Shown: positions 13,868 to 27,141, counted from the stretch's first letter. The stretch is DNA of 64,000 nt from Hyaloraphidium curvatum SAG 235-1 (GCA_025558095.1 JAIVFI010000043.1:310001-374000); one strand, 5' to 3'. Notes: generated by a model from the sequence alone, not told the origin. Numbers and translations: made by a program.

Positions 13868-13953
13868 GGCTTTGTCAAGCAACATGATGGCTTCCGCGTA
13901 AAGCACCCTCTTCTCCGGAAGGCGTGGACAGCGTGATACAACAGCTTGAAGCC
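13868..13953 (+). promoter_or_regulatory. Eukaryotic SECIS element (type II-like)
   Basis: Helix I TCAAGC(13875-80)/GCTTGA(13944-49); ATGAT core 13884-88 opposite TGAT 13934-37; helix II GCTTCCGCGT/GCGTGGA(C)AGC; unpaired AAA 13900-02; apical mini-stem CTTC-TCCG-GAAG. Confidence 0.88.
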
Positions 13954-14095
13954 TCGATAGTCGTTGATGTAACCAAAGGAAAGCACTGGACTTGGAATAA
14001 GCACTCTCCCTTCACAAAGAAAGAATCATGTCATTTCAATGAGGTTTACACCGTGCCACAGACCAACTCCAGCCGTCCACAGCGGAGATCAAAGT

Positions 14096-15505
<1,410 letters not shown>

Positions 15506-15660
15506 TCAATCCAAAGCCATCCGCCGCCATTCTCCCGATCCTACATCGTGCATCGGCTTCTCCAAGTGCCGTTTAGCCATGTTGATGCCCTCTCGCGCCG
15601 GCTCAATGCAGGAGCACCCCGCGATCGCCCCTCGCACCCCCATCCATCCCCGTCTTCGCC

Positions 15661-17537
15661 CTAAGCATCGGCAGGCAGGTAAAGGAACTGACCCGCGATC
15701 GCCGCGGCGACGACGAGGATGATCGACACCTTCCCCCCCGCCGCCTTGAAAAAGTACAGGGATATGAGCGTGAGCACGTACAGCACCGCAGACACGCCGT
15801 TGCTGTTGACCGCCCCCAGCTTGTCCTCCGCCGTGGGCAGCCTCGGGTCCGACAGCTGCACGGTGACCGAGTACCGCAGCAGCTCCATGGCGACGACAGC
15901 GATCAGCCCCGTGACCGAGGCGGTGACGCCCTCGAGCGCGCTCTGGATGGGGTCCAGCATCACGAGCCACTCCCAAAAGTCGTGGCCGATGATGGTGAAG
16001 CTAAAGCAGGGGATGAACATGCCCAGCGTCATCAGGATGGCGCCGGCAAAGGCGTAGCCGAGGTTGCCGTTGTACCCGGCCAGGCCGCCCTGGAAGCCTA
16101 CAAAGGTGACGAAGATGACGAGCGGGGCGGGGATGACGTTGCCGATGGCGATGCCGTCGAGGAAGACCTGGTTGCTGAGCCATTTGCCGAGGACGACAGC
16201 TTCCTGCTGCACGAAGGGGATGGCGGTGTAGGCGCCGCCGAAGGAGAGGACCCCGGCGACGAGGCCGAGGGCAAAGAGGTGCCCGAGGTCCGGCGGGTTG
16301 GGCGCGATGCCGATCGCCAGCGAGTTGCGTCCGGGGAAGCCGCGCGTGGCCACGTAGGCGACGTAGCCGGCGATATCGGCGGCGATGATGACCCCCGCGG
16401 CGGCGTACCAGTAGTAGGCGTGCTTCTTGTTGCCGGCGGCCCACATGCCGTTGCCGCGGTCCCATAGGAACCACAGCAGGGCAAAGACACCGAGGGTGAT
16501 GAAGAAGTTGATGCGCAGGGCCGACTGCAGGAAGGAGGCGAGGGCCAGCCAGAAGAGGACATTGCTGAACTTTTTCGTGCGGTGCGAGTGGAAAGCGTGC
16601 TCGGCGATCTTGTGCACGGCGCGCAGAACGAAAGCCGCGACGACCGGCTGCAGGGCACGGAAGCTGGCGTTGACGTACCTGGCGGCAAGCTCGGGTTAGC
16701 TCACTGGCACGCCCGGGGAGACGACGCTCTTCTTGTGAAGTCCCCAAAGAACCACGCCCTCTTGCCCTTTGGCAAATTCGGAGAGCACAATCAAGTACTC
16801 ACACGTTGCTGAACCCGATCAGGTAGTAAATGTAACTCAGGAGGAGCATCAGGAAGAAACCCGGCAGGATGAACCCCAGCCCCGCGATCAGAGCGCCAAG
16901 CCGCCCCCTGCTCAGCATTCCGAAGTAGCAGCACAGCTCTGCCGCCTCGGGACCGGGCAGAACCTGGTACACCGCGTCTTTCCGGGGGTAAGAATCAGCG
17001 ACGGCTTGGCAGACTTCACATCGGAAGAAACCCACAGACCCGGTTGAACTTCTTGATGCTGATCCATTTCTCCTTGATCACCAGCTGCTCCTTCAGCATG
17101 GCGATCTGCGCCACCGGCCCGCCCCACGCACGAAGGCCGAACACCAGGAACTTCCCGAATAGCTCCAGCAGCCCGAGCCTGGGCGCATTGCTCGCCATCT
17201 CGTCCACCACCGGCGGCACCGCACCCGCTTCGGGGTCCACAGGAGGCGCCAGCGGCGCCGACGGCCCCCCGTTCGCCGGAACGTCGACCACGATGTCCTT
17301 CCCCTCGGCCTTGTCGGCCACGTCCAGCTCGACCCCCGGGCCGCCGTTCGCGGCGCCGGCATGGCGGCGGTGGTGCAGCCCCGCGCCGTCGGTCGCCGGG
17401 TCCGCCGCAGTCAGTGTCACGGCGTCCGCAGGGGTGTCGGGAACGGCGAGCGCGTCCGCGGCCGCGTCCGTGCGCGTCGTCCCCGAGCTGGGCGAGCCCT
17501 CGCGGGGGACGAGCGCGATGCCCTCGTCGGCGCTCAT
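15661..17537 (-). CDS. Chromate transporter (long-chain CHR/ChrA family)
   Basis: [56 protein letters not shown]; two CHR halves; introns near 17040 and 16800. Confidence 0.92.
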
Positions 17538-18060
17538 TTCGTCAGCCTGCGGCGTACGGCGAGCGGGAGATTGGTTGTTTCCCGGAAGTAGCTGGGACTG
17601 TTTAACGCCCGCAAAGCGAAATGGCGGCGGGGGCGCGATTTGCCCATGAGGATCCCGCATGGCGCCATCGACTCGCCGGCGGGTCCCAACTGGAAAATGC
17701 ATCGCCAGGCTGCCGGATGCGTGCAGACACCGTCTGAGAAGATTCAAAGAGAGGTTGGGGGGGCGGTGCTTGCGATGCGTTTCGGCATTGGGAGGTACGG
17801 ATGGTAGCATCGGAAGCCCCTTCATCCGAGGCTGCGGAAGGGCGATCGGGAAAGCATGGGGCGCGCGCGGAGCGGGGCAGGCTGGCAACTCTTCCCGTAC
17901 AGTCGATCTGCTGGCGGGTCACGCCATCGCGACGGAGGCTGGCGTGCAAAGAGGACGTCAAAAGCACGACAGCTTCCAGGTCCCCGCGGCCCCATGGTCC
18001 AATACGAAGTGGAATAACAACATCGCATTGCAGATCGACATTACGGGAGATAGCAAACCA

Positions 18061-19713
18061 TCACAGCTTCCCCTTCTCCCTCCCTTCCCCCTGCAGCAGT
18101 CCCAGCGCCCTCTCAAGCACCTCCGCCGCTCTTTCCCCCGGCCCCTCGCACATGACGCACCAATCCGGTCGCACAACCGCGACCCACCCCAGCGGCACCT
18201 TGCCCGGCAACACCGCACCGTCCAGCGCCTCGATCCTCGCCTCCGCGGGGCCGAGGTTGAGCGCCTGCGAGCGGTGGCAGTACTGCACCGCCCTGCCGCC
18301 CGCGGCTTCGAGGCGAGCAAGCAAGGCCGAGTCCACGACGGAGGCAGGGTCGACGCCGTAGCCGATCAGGCAGAGGGAAGGGCCGAGGGCGTCGTCGCTG
18401 AGGGTGGGGGTGGAGGAGGGGGAGGCGCGGACGTAGCCCTGTGGCACGGGGGCGCCGGGGACCAGCTTCGCCGTGCCGGTGCGCGCAAACAGTCCTTTCG
18501 GGAAGCTCGGCGCCGGCTTGATCTTGAGATCCTCGAAGTAGGACCGGGCGCCCGGGATCAGCAGCTGCGAGGCGGCGATGGTCCCGTGCACCGCGGCGGC
18601 GCCGATCCAGCTCGTGGGCATCACCACCGCGCCCATCATCCTGGCCAGGTTGATCATGGCCAGGGCGTGCGGCTGGCGCTCCTCGGTGTAGCTGTCCAGG
18701 ATGGCGGGGGAGGCGCGGCCGCGAACCACCCATGCGAGCTTCCACGCCAGGTTGGCGGCGTCGCGCAGGCCCGAGACCAGGCCCTGCCCGGCGAACGGGG
18801 GGGTGATGTGCGCGGCGTCGCCGGCGAGGAAGCACCGGCCCTTGGAGAAGGCGGGGGCGCAGCGCGCGTGGAACCGGTAGACGGCGGTGCGCTCGATGGT
18901 GACCTTTTCGGGGTCGTCGCAGAAGGGCGCGAGGAGCTTTTTGATGTTGTCGGGGCGCTCGAACTCCTCGCGGCTCTCGCCGGCGTGCAGCTTGAACTCC
19001 CAGCGCTGGCGGCCTTCGGGAGCGGGCATGTGCTGGCAAGGGCCTGGAGGTTAGCAGAGCTCGAGATCACAGAAGGTCACACTCACAGGCGTCGGCCTGC
19101 GAGGATCGCAGATGAACTCGATGTGGTTGCACGGCCTTCCGGGGTTGATGGCATCGACGATGAGCCAGTCCTCAGCGTAGGACTGCCCCGTGAAGTCGAG
19201 CCCGAGCGCGCGCCGGACGAACGAGTTGGCGCCGTCCGCGCCGACGAGGTACCGTGCCTGCACCTCGAACTCGTCCCCGTCGTCGCGGCGAAACGACGCC
19301 CTCACGCCGTCGCCGCGGTCCTCGAATCCCTCCAGGGTCGCGCCGAGCTCCACGCGCACCGACTGCTTCCCGGCGAGCTTCTTCCGGAGCAGCGCCTCCA
19401 GCTGCGGCTGCACGAAGGTGACCAGCGACGGGTGGCCGTCGACGATGGCCGACGTGTCGACGCGGGCAAACTGCCCGAATGCCGGCGAGATGTAGACGAC
19501 CTCGGGGATGCCGACGACGGGCAGCTCGCCGTCCTTGATCCCAACGAGCTGCAGGATGCGCAGCGCCTCGTTGTCGAGCGCGATGGCGCGCGGCTTGGGG
19601 AACACGGCGCGCGTCGCCTCGGCGACCACGACGGAGACGCCGTACGTCCCCAGGAGGTTGGCCAGCGCGGCGCCGACGGGGCCGAGCCCCACGATGAGCA
19701 CTTCGGTCTGCAT
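18061..19713 (-). CDS. FAD-dependent aromatic hydroxylase (MhpA-like), 1 intron
   Basis: VLIVGLGPVG (Rossmann), PRAIALDNE, YLVGADGANS, FLAGDAAHITPPFAGQGLVSGLRDAANLAWKL, VVRPD. Confidence 0.92.
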
Positions 19714-20170
19714 GTTCTGCGATGGGTGTCGGAGTTGAGGGCGGCGAGGCGCGCGGGCGGGGTCTTTGAGGGTGGGTGGGGGCAAGGCGTCCCCTTCCGT
19801 CACGCCACAGCCGCGGCACTTTCGGATTCAGCCCCGGCTGGGAGACGCGGCAGAAACACGTCGTGCGGTCCTCCACCGCCGCTGGGTCATTCCATGAGCT
19901 GGATTGGAGGATCTGCGAGCCTGCGATTGCCCGAGTCCGACCTTCTTCGTTGGCTTGAGTTGTTGCCGGCGAAGCGGAACCGCAATCCGCCGCAGATCAG
20001 GCCATCCGGAAGCTCTGTATCATCTTCTCAAAGATCCCGACGAGCACTTTGGATAAGCGGTGGAGCGGGATGTATGGCACCGGAAGGGCCGAAGCGAGGT
20101 GCTCGTGCGTGGATGGCGGTGAATTATCGATTACGTTACATTTTTCTGCAAGTCATGGGTATAAGAGCGT

Positions 20171-21547
20171 TCAGAGCAGCAGAACCATCCCGATCGCCGC
20201 GACCGCGAGCCCCGCGCCCGCGCCGGTGCGGCCGGCGGAGTTGGGCATCGAGGTGCTCGTGGGGCGGGCCGACGAGGAGGTGCTCGAGGCGGCGACCGAC
20301 GACGAGGCGATCGAGGCGGTGGTCGACGCCGGGGGAGGGGCGACGCTGCTCGTGGCGGCGATCGAGGTCGACGCGGGCGGAGGGGCGACGCTGCTCGAGG
20401 CGCCGGCCGAGGAGGAGGCGACGACGGGGGAAGAGGAGGCGGGGGCGTCGGTGGTCTGGCTCGCGACGGTGGTCTGCACCGCGTCCGTGGTAGTTGCGGG
20501 GATGCTCGTGGCCGCGGAGGAGGTGGCCGTAACCACCGTCAAGGTCGCCGAGCTTGCCGTCGCGGTCGCCGAGCTCGCCGTCGCGGCCGTCGAACTGCTC
20601 CCGTTGACCGCGCAGCCACACCAGAAACCGGCCGTCGGGAACCCGCAGGAGGTGCCGTCGGGCTTCTGACCCCCGGTGTAGCTTCCCACGTAGTCGCAAG
20701 ACGAGAGCCCGTCGCACTGCTGGCCGACGTTCACCGAGCTCGGGAAACATCCTCCCCATTGCCACGTGGCACCCTGAGGCGGCGGGTTCGGCGGGGTGTA
20801 GGAGGTGTTGAAGAGCCCAGAGGCGCAGAAGAGCCCCGTGGTGGTCGGGTCGCGCGAGGCACACGTCGTGGGGGTCTGGGGCACGCTGCCGGTCGACGGA
20901 GGGTCGTACAGGGTGAAGGGACCGACCCAGGGCTGCGCGATACGGTTGCACTGCTCGGAAATTGTGGCTTGGTCGGCGTTGGCGGGGACGCATCCTGTCC
21001 ACGTCCACGTCTGGTAGCTCGGGAGCGTCGGTTCGACCGGCCACTGCGTGACGCCGCACCACAGCGCGGTAGAGGTAGGCGCGGGGCAGGCGGTGGCGTT
21101 GGGCTGCTGCCCGTCGGTGCTGGTCAGGCCGGCGACGTGGTTGGCGCCGAACTTGTCCGAGCACGCCGCTTCAAAGTCCGTCGACGGCGCCACGCAGCCG
21201 ACGTAGCCCCAGCCGTCGCCCGAGGGCACCGGTTGGGAGGGGTAGTAGGTCGGCGTGAGCGAGCCCGTGGCGCACCACAGGCCCGTCGTGCCGGGGCGCG
21301 ACTGCGAGCACTGCACGGTCGGGTCATCGTAGAGCTGCCAGACGCCGACGTATTGGGTCGAATAGTAGCCGCAGGTCTGGTTCGCAGACGCGGGCGATGT
21401 GTCGGAGGGTTGGCAGCCGGCAAAAATCCAGCTCTGATAGGGTGGGAGGACGGGTGTCGGCGGGCCCGAGCGCCTGAACAAAGGTGCGGCTGAGGCGAAG
21501 GGGAGGAGCGCGGCCGCGGCGGCCGAGGCGATGAGTGTGGAGCGCAT
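20171..21547 (-). CDS. Secreted, probably GPI-anchored Cys-rich repeat protein with Ser/Thr stalk
   Basis: Signal peptide MRSTLIASAAAAALLPFASA; four W-x3-GC..C..C..(L/F)(W/F)C modules; S/T/A-rich tract; NSA-GR then hydrophobic C-terminus. Confidence 0.85.
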   Translation of the reverse strand: MRSTLIASAAAAALLPFASAAPLFRRSGPPTPVLPPYQSWIFAGCQPSDTSPASANQTCGYYSTQYVGVWQLYDDPTVQCSQSRPGTTGLWCATGSLTPTYYPSQPVPSGDGWGYVGCVAPSTDFEAACSDKFGANHVAGLTSTDGQQPNATACPAPTSTALWCGVTQWPVEPTLPSYQTWTWTGCVPANADQATISEQCNRIAQPWVGPFTLYDPPSTGSVPQTPTTCASRDPTTTGLFCASGLFNTSYTPPNPPPQGATWQWGGCFPSSVNVGQQCDGLSSCDYVGSYTGGQKPDGTSCGFPTAGFWCGCAVNGSSSTAATASSATATASSATLTVVTATSSAATSIPATTTDAVQTTVASQTTDAPASSSPVVASSSAGASSSVAPPPASTSIAATSSVAPPPASTTASIASSSVAASSTSSSARPTSTSMPNSAGRTGAGAGLAVAAIGMVLLL

Positions 21548-21801
21548 TCCGGAGTGTCGAGTTTTGGCGATGTGATTGGGCCGCAGAACGCGCCCTTTTG
21601 AAGGAAACGGGGCGAGGTTTCTGCGAAACGCGGCGTTGCGGCCCCAGCCGCGCACAGCCTTTCCGCAGTGCCGAGCTCGGCCACCTCCAGAACAGCCTCG
21701 GGGAAATAACCGCTGTACGCATCTGATTTCTATTCTAGAACGATCGATCTCCGCAGTTCGCGCCGCGTCCCATGTACCTCCTCTCCCCCCCCCGCGTTCG
21801 A

Positions 21802-22717
21802 TCACCGCGCCCTGCCCGCCAGCGCCGCGCCCCACGCCCACAAAAAGTACCCCGCCGCGCCCGCCGCGCCCGCCGGCACCGCCCACGCGTCCAGCAGCGC
21901 GCGCGCATTGTTCCACGCCGTCGCGGGGCCGAACATGCCCGAGGGAACGGAGGTCTCGTCGCGCGGGCGGTTGGCGCCGCGGGGGAAGGGGCGGCCGGCG
22001 CGGACGGCGGCGACGAATTCTGAGGAGAAATGATCAGGATGGTGAACGGGCGGGGCGGGGAGGGGGAGGGACGTACCTTCGGGGTCAAAGTCGACGCCGA
22101 TGGGGTTGACCTCGTACTCTGGCCCGGCCTGCGTCCGAAGGTCAGCCTCCCGCCTCATTGCCGGAGCCCCGCACGCAACGCACCATGAACGCGTCCGCCC
22201 CCGCGGCATCCAGCACGTCGACCTGGGCCTCGATCTCGTTCCCGTCCGGGTCGGCGTAGTACATCGAGACAGTCATGCCGTGGTGAATCGCCCAGAAGGG
22301 CAGGATCCCCCGGCGCTTCCGTTCCTCGTACGCATCCGCCAGGGCTTCGAGGGTGGGGTAGGAATAGGCAAAGTGCATCATGCCTGTTTCGAACCGGGTG
22401 CGCTGCTTGAAGAAGGGCGGCGCGTTGAAGAGCGCGATGCGGTGGTGCTCCTCGTCGTAGGTGAGGAAGGCCAGCTTGGCGTTTTCGAACTGCACGCGGA
22501 CTGCGGGAAAACGGGCGATGATGAGCCAAGGGCGCGGAGGCTGCGATCGGAGTAGGTACGTACAGCCGAACGACCTGGCGTACCACTCCTTCATCTTTTC
22601 GAACTGCCGCGTGGCGAGGACGACGTGGCAGAAGGCGCTGGGCGCGACCTTGCTGGGGTCGAGGCCGGCGGGCGCCTTGGCGTCGGAGGCGTGGGACATG
22701 GTCGCCGGCTCGGGCAT
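21802..22717 (-). CDS. VOC-family extradiol dioxygenase-like (single-domain BphC-type) protein, 3 introns
   Basis: HVVLAT, AFLTYDEEHHRIAL, GMMHFAYSY, HHGMTVSMYYADPDGNEIEAQVD, NPIGVDFDPE. Confidence 0.88.
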
Positions 22718-22997
22718 GGTTGAGGATCGCGGGGCAGAGGCGTGCAACTGGTGGAGGCAGGTGCAAAGAATGGTTTTGGAGGCGCTGCCGATCGCGGGTA
22801 GATATACCCAGGCCGGGAGCATCCCGGATTTGCCGGGGGTGCGCCTCGCAACGCCGCCCGCGCCGCCCCGCGCCTCGCCCCCACCCGCCCGCTGGACAAA
22901 TAGCCGCCCGCAGGAACGATAGGATCCGCCACGCCTCCCGCGAACCGCAGCCGTTCTTCTCTCGCGGCACCTCCACTTCCCTGCCCGCCCCGCCGAG

Positions 22998-24107
22998 ATG
23001 GCCTCCCTCCTCACGCCCACCTGGCGCGCGACCTTCGACGAGGGCTTCCCCGCCGAGGACGTCGGCACCGTGCACATCGCGCCCGCGGCGGACGCGCTCA
23101 CCTTTGCCCGCGCGGGGGACACGCTGCTCGGCGTCGTCGCCTACGAGGCGGGGACGGTGAAGGCGGTCGACCTGACGAAGAGGTTCGGCGCCGGGGACGC
23201 GGTGGAGGTGTTCAACAGGGAGGGCTACGCCAAGATCGAGGAGGCCGTCTCCAACGTCGCGGCCGACGATCTGGTCGAGGTCCCCGCCGCGGACCTCGGC
23301 CTCGCCGTCGACTTTGCCGGCGCCCACGTCGCGGTGGGGACCAACTACCCCGAGCACGCCAAGGACGCCGGCACCGTGCGCCCCTTCCTCTTCCCCAAGC
23401 TCGGCCTCCCCCTCCCCTCCGGCTCGACGGTGGGCGTGCGCGGCGGGCTGCTGGACTACGAGGCCGAGCTCGCGCTCGTCACCCTCCGCCCCCTGCGCGT
23501 CGGCCAGGGGCTGCCGGAAAGCGTGGGCCTGGTCCTGGCCAACGACTTCACGGACCGCGACCTGCTCTTCCGCTCCCTCGACCCGCGGGACATCCTCTCG
23601 GGCAAGGGCTTCACCACGGGCAAGAGCGCGCCCGACTACCTCCCCGCCGGCAACCTCCTCGTCGTCCCGCGCGACTTTCGGTCCTTTATCCCCACCCTCG
23701 AGCTCCGCCTCTACGTGAACGGCAGGCTGCGGCAGCGCGCCCCCTGCTCCGAGATGGTCTGGTCCGCCGACGAGATGCTCCGCCAGGCGCTGGCCCTGCA
23801 GGGCCGCACGTGGTCGCACCGCGGGCAGCAGGTCCCGCTGTTCCCGGGCGACGCCGTGCCCGAGAGGACCATGGTGCTCACCGGCACCCCGCACGGCACC
23901 GTGTTCCAGGGGCTCCCGCCCGCCGTCATGCTCCGCGGGCTCGCGGGGTTCCTGATGGGCGGGTTCCTGTGGCAGGGGCCGATGGGCTGCGCGATCGATG
24001 CGTACGGGGATGCGGCGAGGACCGGGGGGTGGTACCTCAAGGCGGGGGACGAGGTGAGGGTGCACGTGCACGGGTTGGGGGAGCTGCTGAGCTTGGTGGT
24101 GGAGTGA
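22998..24107 (+). CDS. Fumarylacetoacetate hydrolase family protein, intronless
   Basis: VGTNYPEHA, PFLFPK, LDYEAEL, LANDFTDRD, GKS, VLTGTP.G, YLKAGDEV. Confidence 0.92.
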   Translation: MASLLTPTWRATFDEGFPAEDVGTVHIAPAADALTFARAGDTLLGVVAYEAGTVKAVDLTKRFGAGDAVEVFNREGYAKIEEAVSNVAADDLVEVPAADLGLAVDFAGAHVAVGTNYPEHAKDAGTVRPFLFPKLGLPLPSGSTVGVRGGLLDYEAELALVTLRPLRVGQGLPESVGLVLANDFTDRDLLFRSLDPRDILSGKGFTTGKSAPDYLPAGNLLVVPRDFRSFIPTLELRLYVNGRLRQRAPCSEMVWSADEMLRQALALQGRTWSHRGQQVPLFPGDAVPERTMVLTGTPHGTVFQGLPPAVMLRGLAGFLMGGFLWQGPMGCAIDAYGDAARTGGWYLKAGDEVRVHVHGLGELLSLVVE

Positions 24108-25306
24108 CCCGGAACGAGGTGTCATTTTTGGCGGAGTGCCGCGTTGTTTCTTCTGGGTATAGATTCGGAAAGTAGTTGTCCTTACGAAGCTCTGGCCCTC
24201 CGCGGCGTCCGTCCGATCCCGCGGTTCGGATCCGAGGTACGCCATCCGCGCCCGACACCGCCCCGCAACCCCTGCTCGAGCACGACCCCCGCATCCGCCG
24301 CATTCCGGCCCCGCCTCGACGGTGGGGTGCCGAGCGGCCCGCGGAGGTTGCGGGCGCGAAGCCGCCGTGGTGGCTGGTGCATCCCATCGCCCTTCCACCC
24401 CCCCCCATTTTCCTTTTCCCCGCGAGCGGGGGCAAGTTGCCTGGAGGGAAGCAAGTGCCGCGGCCCGGAGGGCATTGCGGCGGTGGATGGCCCGGCGCGC
24501 GGGAACGGGAGGCGGTGAAGAGGTTGGGCGGGCGAGGCGAGGAGAAGGGGAGCGGCCGGCGGCCGTTTTGCGTCCGGCCGGCAGGGCAGCAACGGGCTGT
24601 TGGAAGCGTTTCCGCGTCCCGGGACGTGCACTGGCCGTGCCGGAAGCCCGCGCCCGTTCCGGACAGGGGGGTCCGGACCGCCACGGTCCGCGCGGCCGCC
24701 GGGGGGCCGTTGCAGGCACCGAATGCGGGCCAGCGTCGGATATTTGCGGTCGTAGAACGGGGCGGATCCGGTGCGGCGGCCGCCGGGAGGTGGGGAGGGG
24801 GGCACGGGGTGGTGGGGTGCAGGGCGGCCGGCCGGGGTGGGTGCATGCCGGCGCGCGGCATGCACGCGAATGGCGGGTCTATGTTGGCAGATTGCAATGG
24901 CAGGGGGGAAACGGCGTTCCGACGCATGGCGCGGCGGCAGGAGCCGGGGGACGGGGCGGCAGTGGCGGGGAGATTTCGCAAGCCAGTGGAGTGGGCAAAA
25001 CGGGTCGGAAGCCCTCGGCGGGGGGCCGTATGTGCGAATGGATCATCTACAAAGCGGAGTATGCGGCGGGGGAGGGGCAGGGGGCCGGCGATGGGCCGGG
25101 GGGGGGGCGGCAGGGTTCGGCCGGGCAGGACCCCGAGACGGACGGCCGGTGCCCGGTCGTTGAGGGCCCTCCAGACGTCTGAGTGCGTAGTTCGTAGCCC
25201 GGGCGGTCCGGTAGCGGTGCCTGTTGCCGGCCGTTGTGCGAGCGGGGGCGCTGCGGCGTCCCGCCTCCGATCCCCCATAATCGCTGTTTCGACTGCGGCA
25301 GCCGGC

Positions 25307-26785
25307 ATGGCGGCCCCCCCGCCCGCGGCCAACGGCCACCCGCCTGCGATGGCCGACTTTGACGACACGGCGTCGGTCACGTCGGGCCCGGGGTGGGGCC
25401 GGGGGTACGCGCCCTCGGTGTCGTCGGACTACTTCTCGCTGTACTCGGCGGGCGAGCCGCCGTCGCTCGAGTGGGACGCGGCGTACGACCCGCGCAAGAC
25501 GGTTGTGCTGCAGCCGACGCGGACGTGGAAGAAGCCGCGCGGGCTCGGCGGCGGCGTGCTCGGGCGGCTGCCGTTCCTGGGCCCGAAGGGCGCCCCGCCG
25601 GCGCCGCCCCCGTCGCCCGCGGCCTCCCCGCCCCTGCCGCCCCCCGGGGCCGGGCAGCCGGGCGCCCGCTCCGCCCGCGGGGCCCGCCGCCGCCCGCCCG
25701 CCGGCGCCCCCGCCCCCCCGCGCACCATCCACATCGCGCAGCAGAACGAGGCGGGCTTCTACACCATCTCGGAGATCTCGGTCGAGCAGTTCAACGAGCT
25801 GTACGGCGACTTCTTCGGCACGGACGCCGTGTCGCTGCTGGAGCGCCGCGGCTCCCTGGCGAGCTCCGCGCGCGACCCGGACGCCTTCTCGCTCGCAGAC
25901 ACGCCCTCGTCGCCGCGCCTGGGCCCGCACGCGCTGGCCGCGCAGCAGTCGGCCGCCACGCTGTCGCCGCGCACGCCCTCGCTGGCCGACGGCGCATCGG
26001 TGGCAACCGCCGTGCCCGACGACCGGCCGCGCAGCGAGGCGCCGCCCGCGCTCCCGCCCGGCAGCGGCTCCCCGCGGATGCCCGCGTACACGGACCTGGA
26101 CCTGGAGATCCAGCAGCTGCTCGCCGCCGACCCGGCGGCGCCGCAGCTGGACCTCCCGCCGATCCTCGAGGACGTGCCCCCGCCGCTGACCGCGTCCCCG
26201 CCCGCCGCGGGCGACCTCATCTCCCCCGAGGCCCTCGCGGGCATGGACATCGCATCGTTCGAGATCCGCGGCACCGAATCGGGCGCAGACGGGGGGAACA
26301 AGCGCGCCAGCGTGCTGCTGCTCCTCTCCCGTGGGGAGGCCGCGCGGCACCGCCCCCCGCGCGACCCGCAGCCCCACCCGCAACCCCCCATCCCCGAACC
26401 CCCCGCCCCCGTGCTCGACGCGGACTTCCAGTCCGAGCTCGCGCGCATAACCAAGGTCCCCAGCGGCCTCGTCCGCCTCGACTCCCCCCCCGCCCCCCCC
26501 GCACCCGCCCCGCCTTCCCAACCCCCCGCATCGCAACCCGCACAACAACCCGCCGGAACCGGCCTCCCCACCCCCCGCCCGTCGCCCCCCACCCCACCCA
26601 CCGCGCGCGACCTCGGGCCCCCCGTCATCCCCCCCACCTCCACCGAGATCGCGTCGACCTTCCGCCCGCGCGACAGCATGGCCATCTTCCCGGCCTCCGA
26701 GCCGGGGGAGCGGCCGCGGGATTCGCTGTTCGATTGGGAGGAGCTGATGGCGGAGGCGCGGATGAGGGTCGAGAGGGAGGCGTAG
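25307..26785 (+). CDS. Proline-rich, largely disordered hypothetical protein
   Basis: Long open frame with coding-like codon use; short ordered-looking segment RTIHIAQQNEAGFYTISEISVEQFNELYGDFF; no family recognised. Confidence 0.6.
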   Translation: MAAPPPAANGHPPAMADFDDTASVTSGPGWGRGYAPSVSSDYFSLYSAGEPPSLEWDAAYDPRKTVVLQPTRTWKKPRGLGGGVLGRLPFLGPKGAPPAPPPSPAASPPLPPPGAGQPGARSARGARRRPPAGAPAPPRTIHIAQQNEAGFYTISEISVEQFNELYGDFFGTDAVSLLERRGSLASSARDPDAFSLADTPSSPRLGPHALAAQQSAATLSPRTPSLADGASVATAVPDDRPRSEAPPALPPGSGSPRMPAYTDLDLEIQQLLAADPAAPQLDLPPILEDVPPPLTASPPAAGDLISPEALAGMDIASFEIRGTESGADGGNKRASVLLLLSRGEAARHRPPRDPQPHPQPPIPEPPAPVLDADFQSELARITKVPSGLVRLDSPPAPPAPAPPSQPPASQPAQQPAGTGLPTPRPSPPTPPTARDLGPPVIPPTSTEIASTFRPRDSMAIFPASEPGERPRDSLFDWEELMAEARMRVEREA

Positions 26786-27141
26786 CAGGTGCGTTTCCGC
26801 GTTCGGGGGTCGGGCGCCCGGTGCTGACGAGCGTCCGGGGCAGGTGCAAGGGGACGATGGAAGGCCGTGGACAAGGCAGCCGGCCGTGTAACAGAAGTGG
26901 ATCCCATTTCCCTTTCCCTTTCCTGCCGGATGGGTGGCTTCCGTCCGCTCCGGCCGGCGGCAGTCGGCGGTCGGCCGCCCGGTCGGCTCCGGGCGCTGTT
27001 GTGCGGTGTCCCGGCGCCGGGGAGGTGCGGCCGGGGTCGATCGGGCGCCCGTCTGCGGCAGGGTTCTCGGGGACGGGACGGGACACGTGTCCTCGGCGCG
27101 GGACGTCCGAGCGCGGCCGCGGAAGGAAAAGAGCAGCTCCA

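Noticed and set aside
17659-20493. 944-aa plus-strand ORF and other long antisense ORFs (22155-24719, 25043-28135, 51232-53235, 54703-56832)
   Set aside because: Shadows of real genes on the other strand in GC-rich DNA; Arg/Gly/Ala-rich with no motifs.
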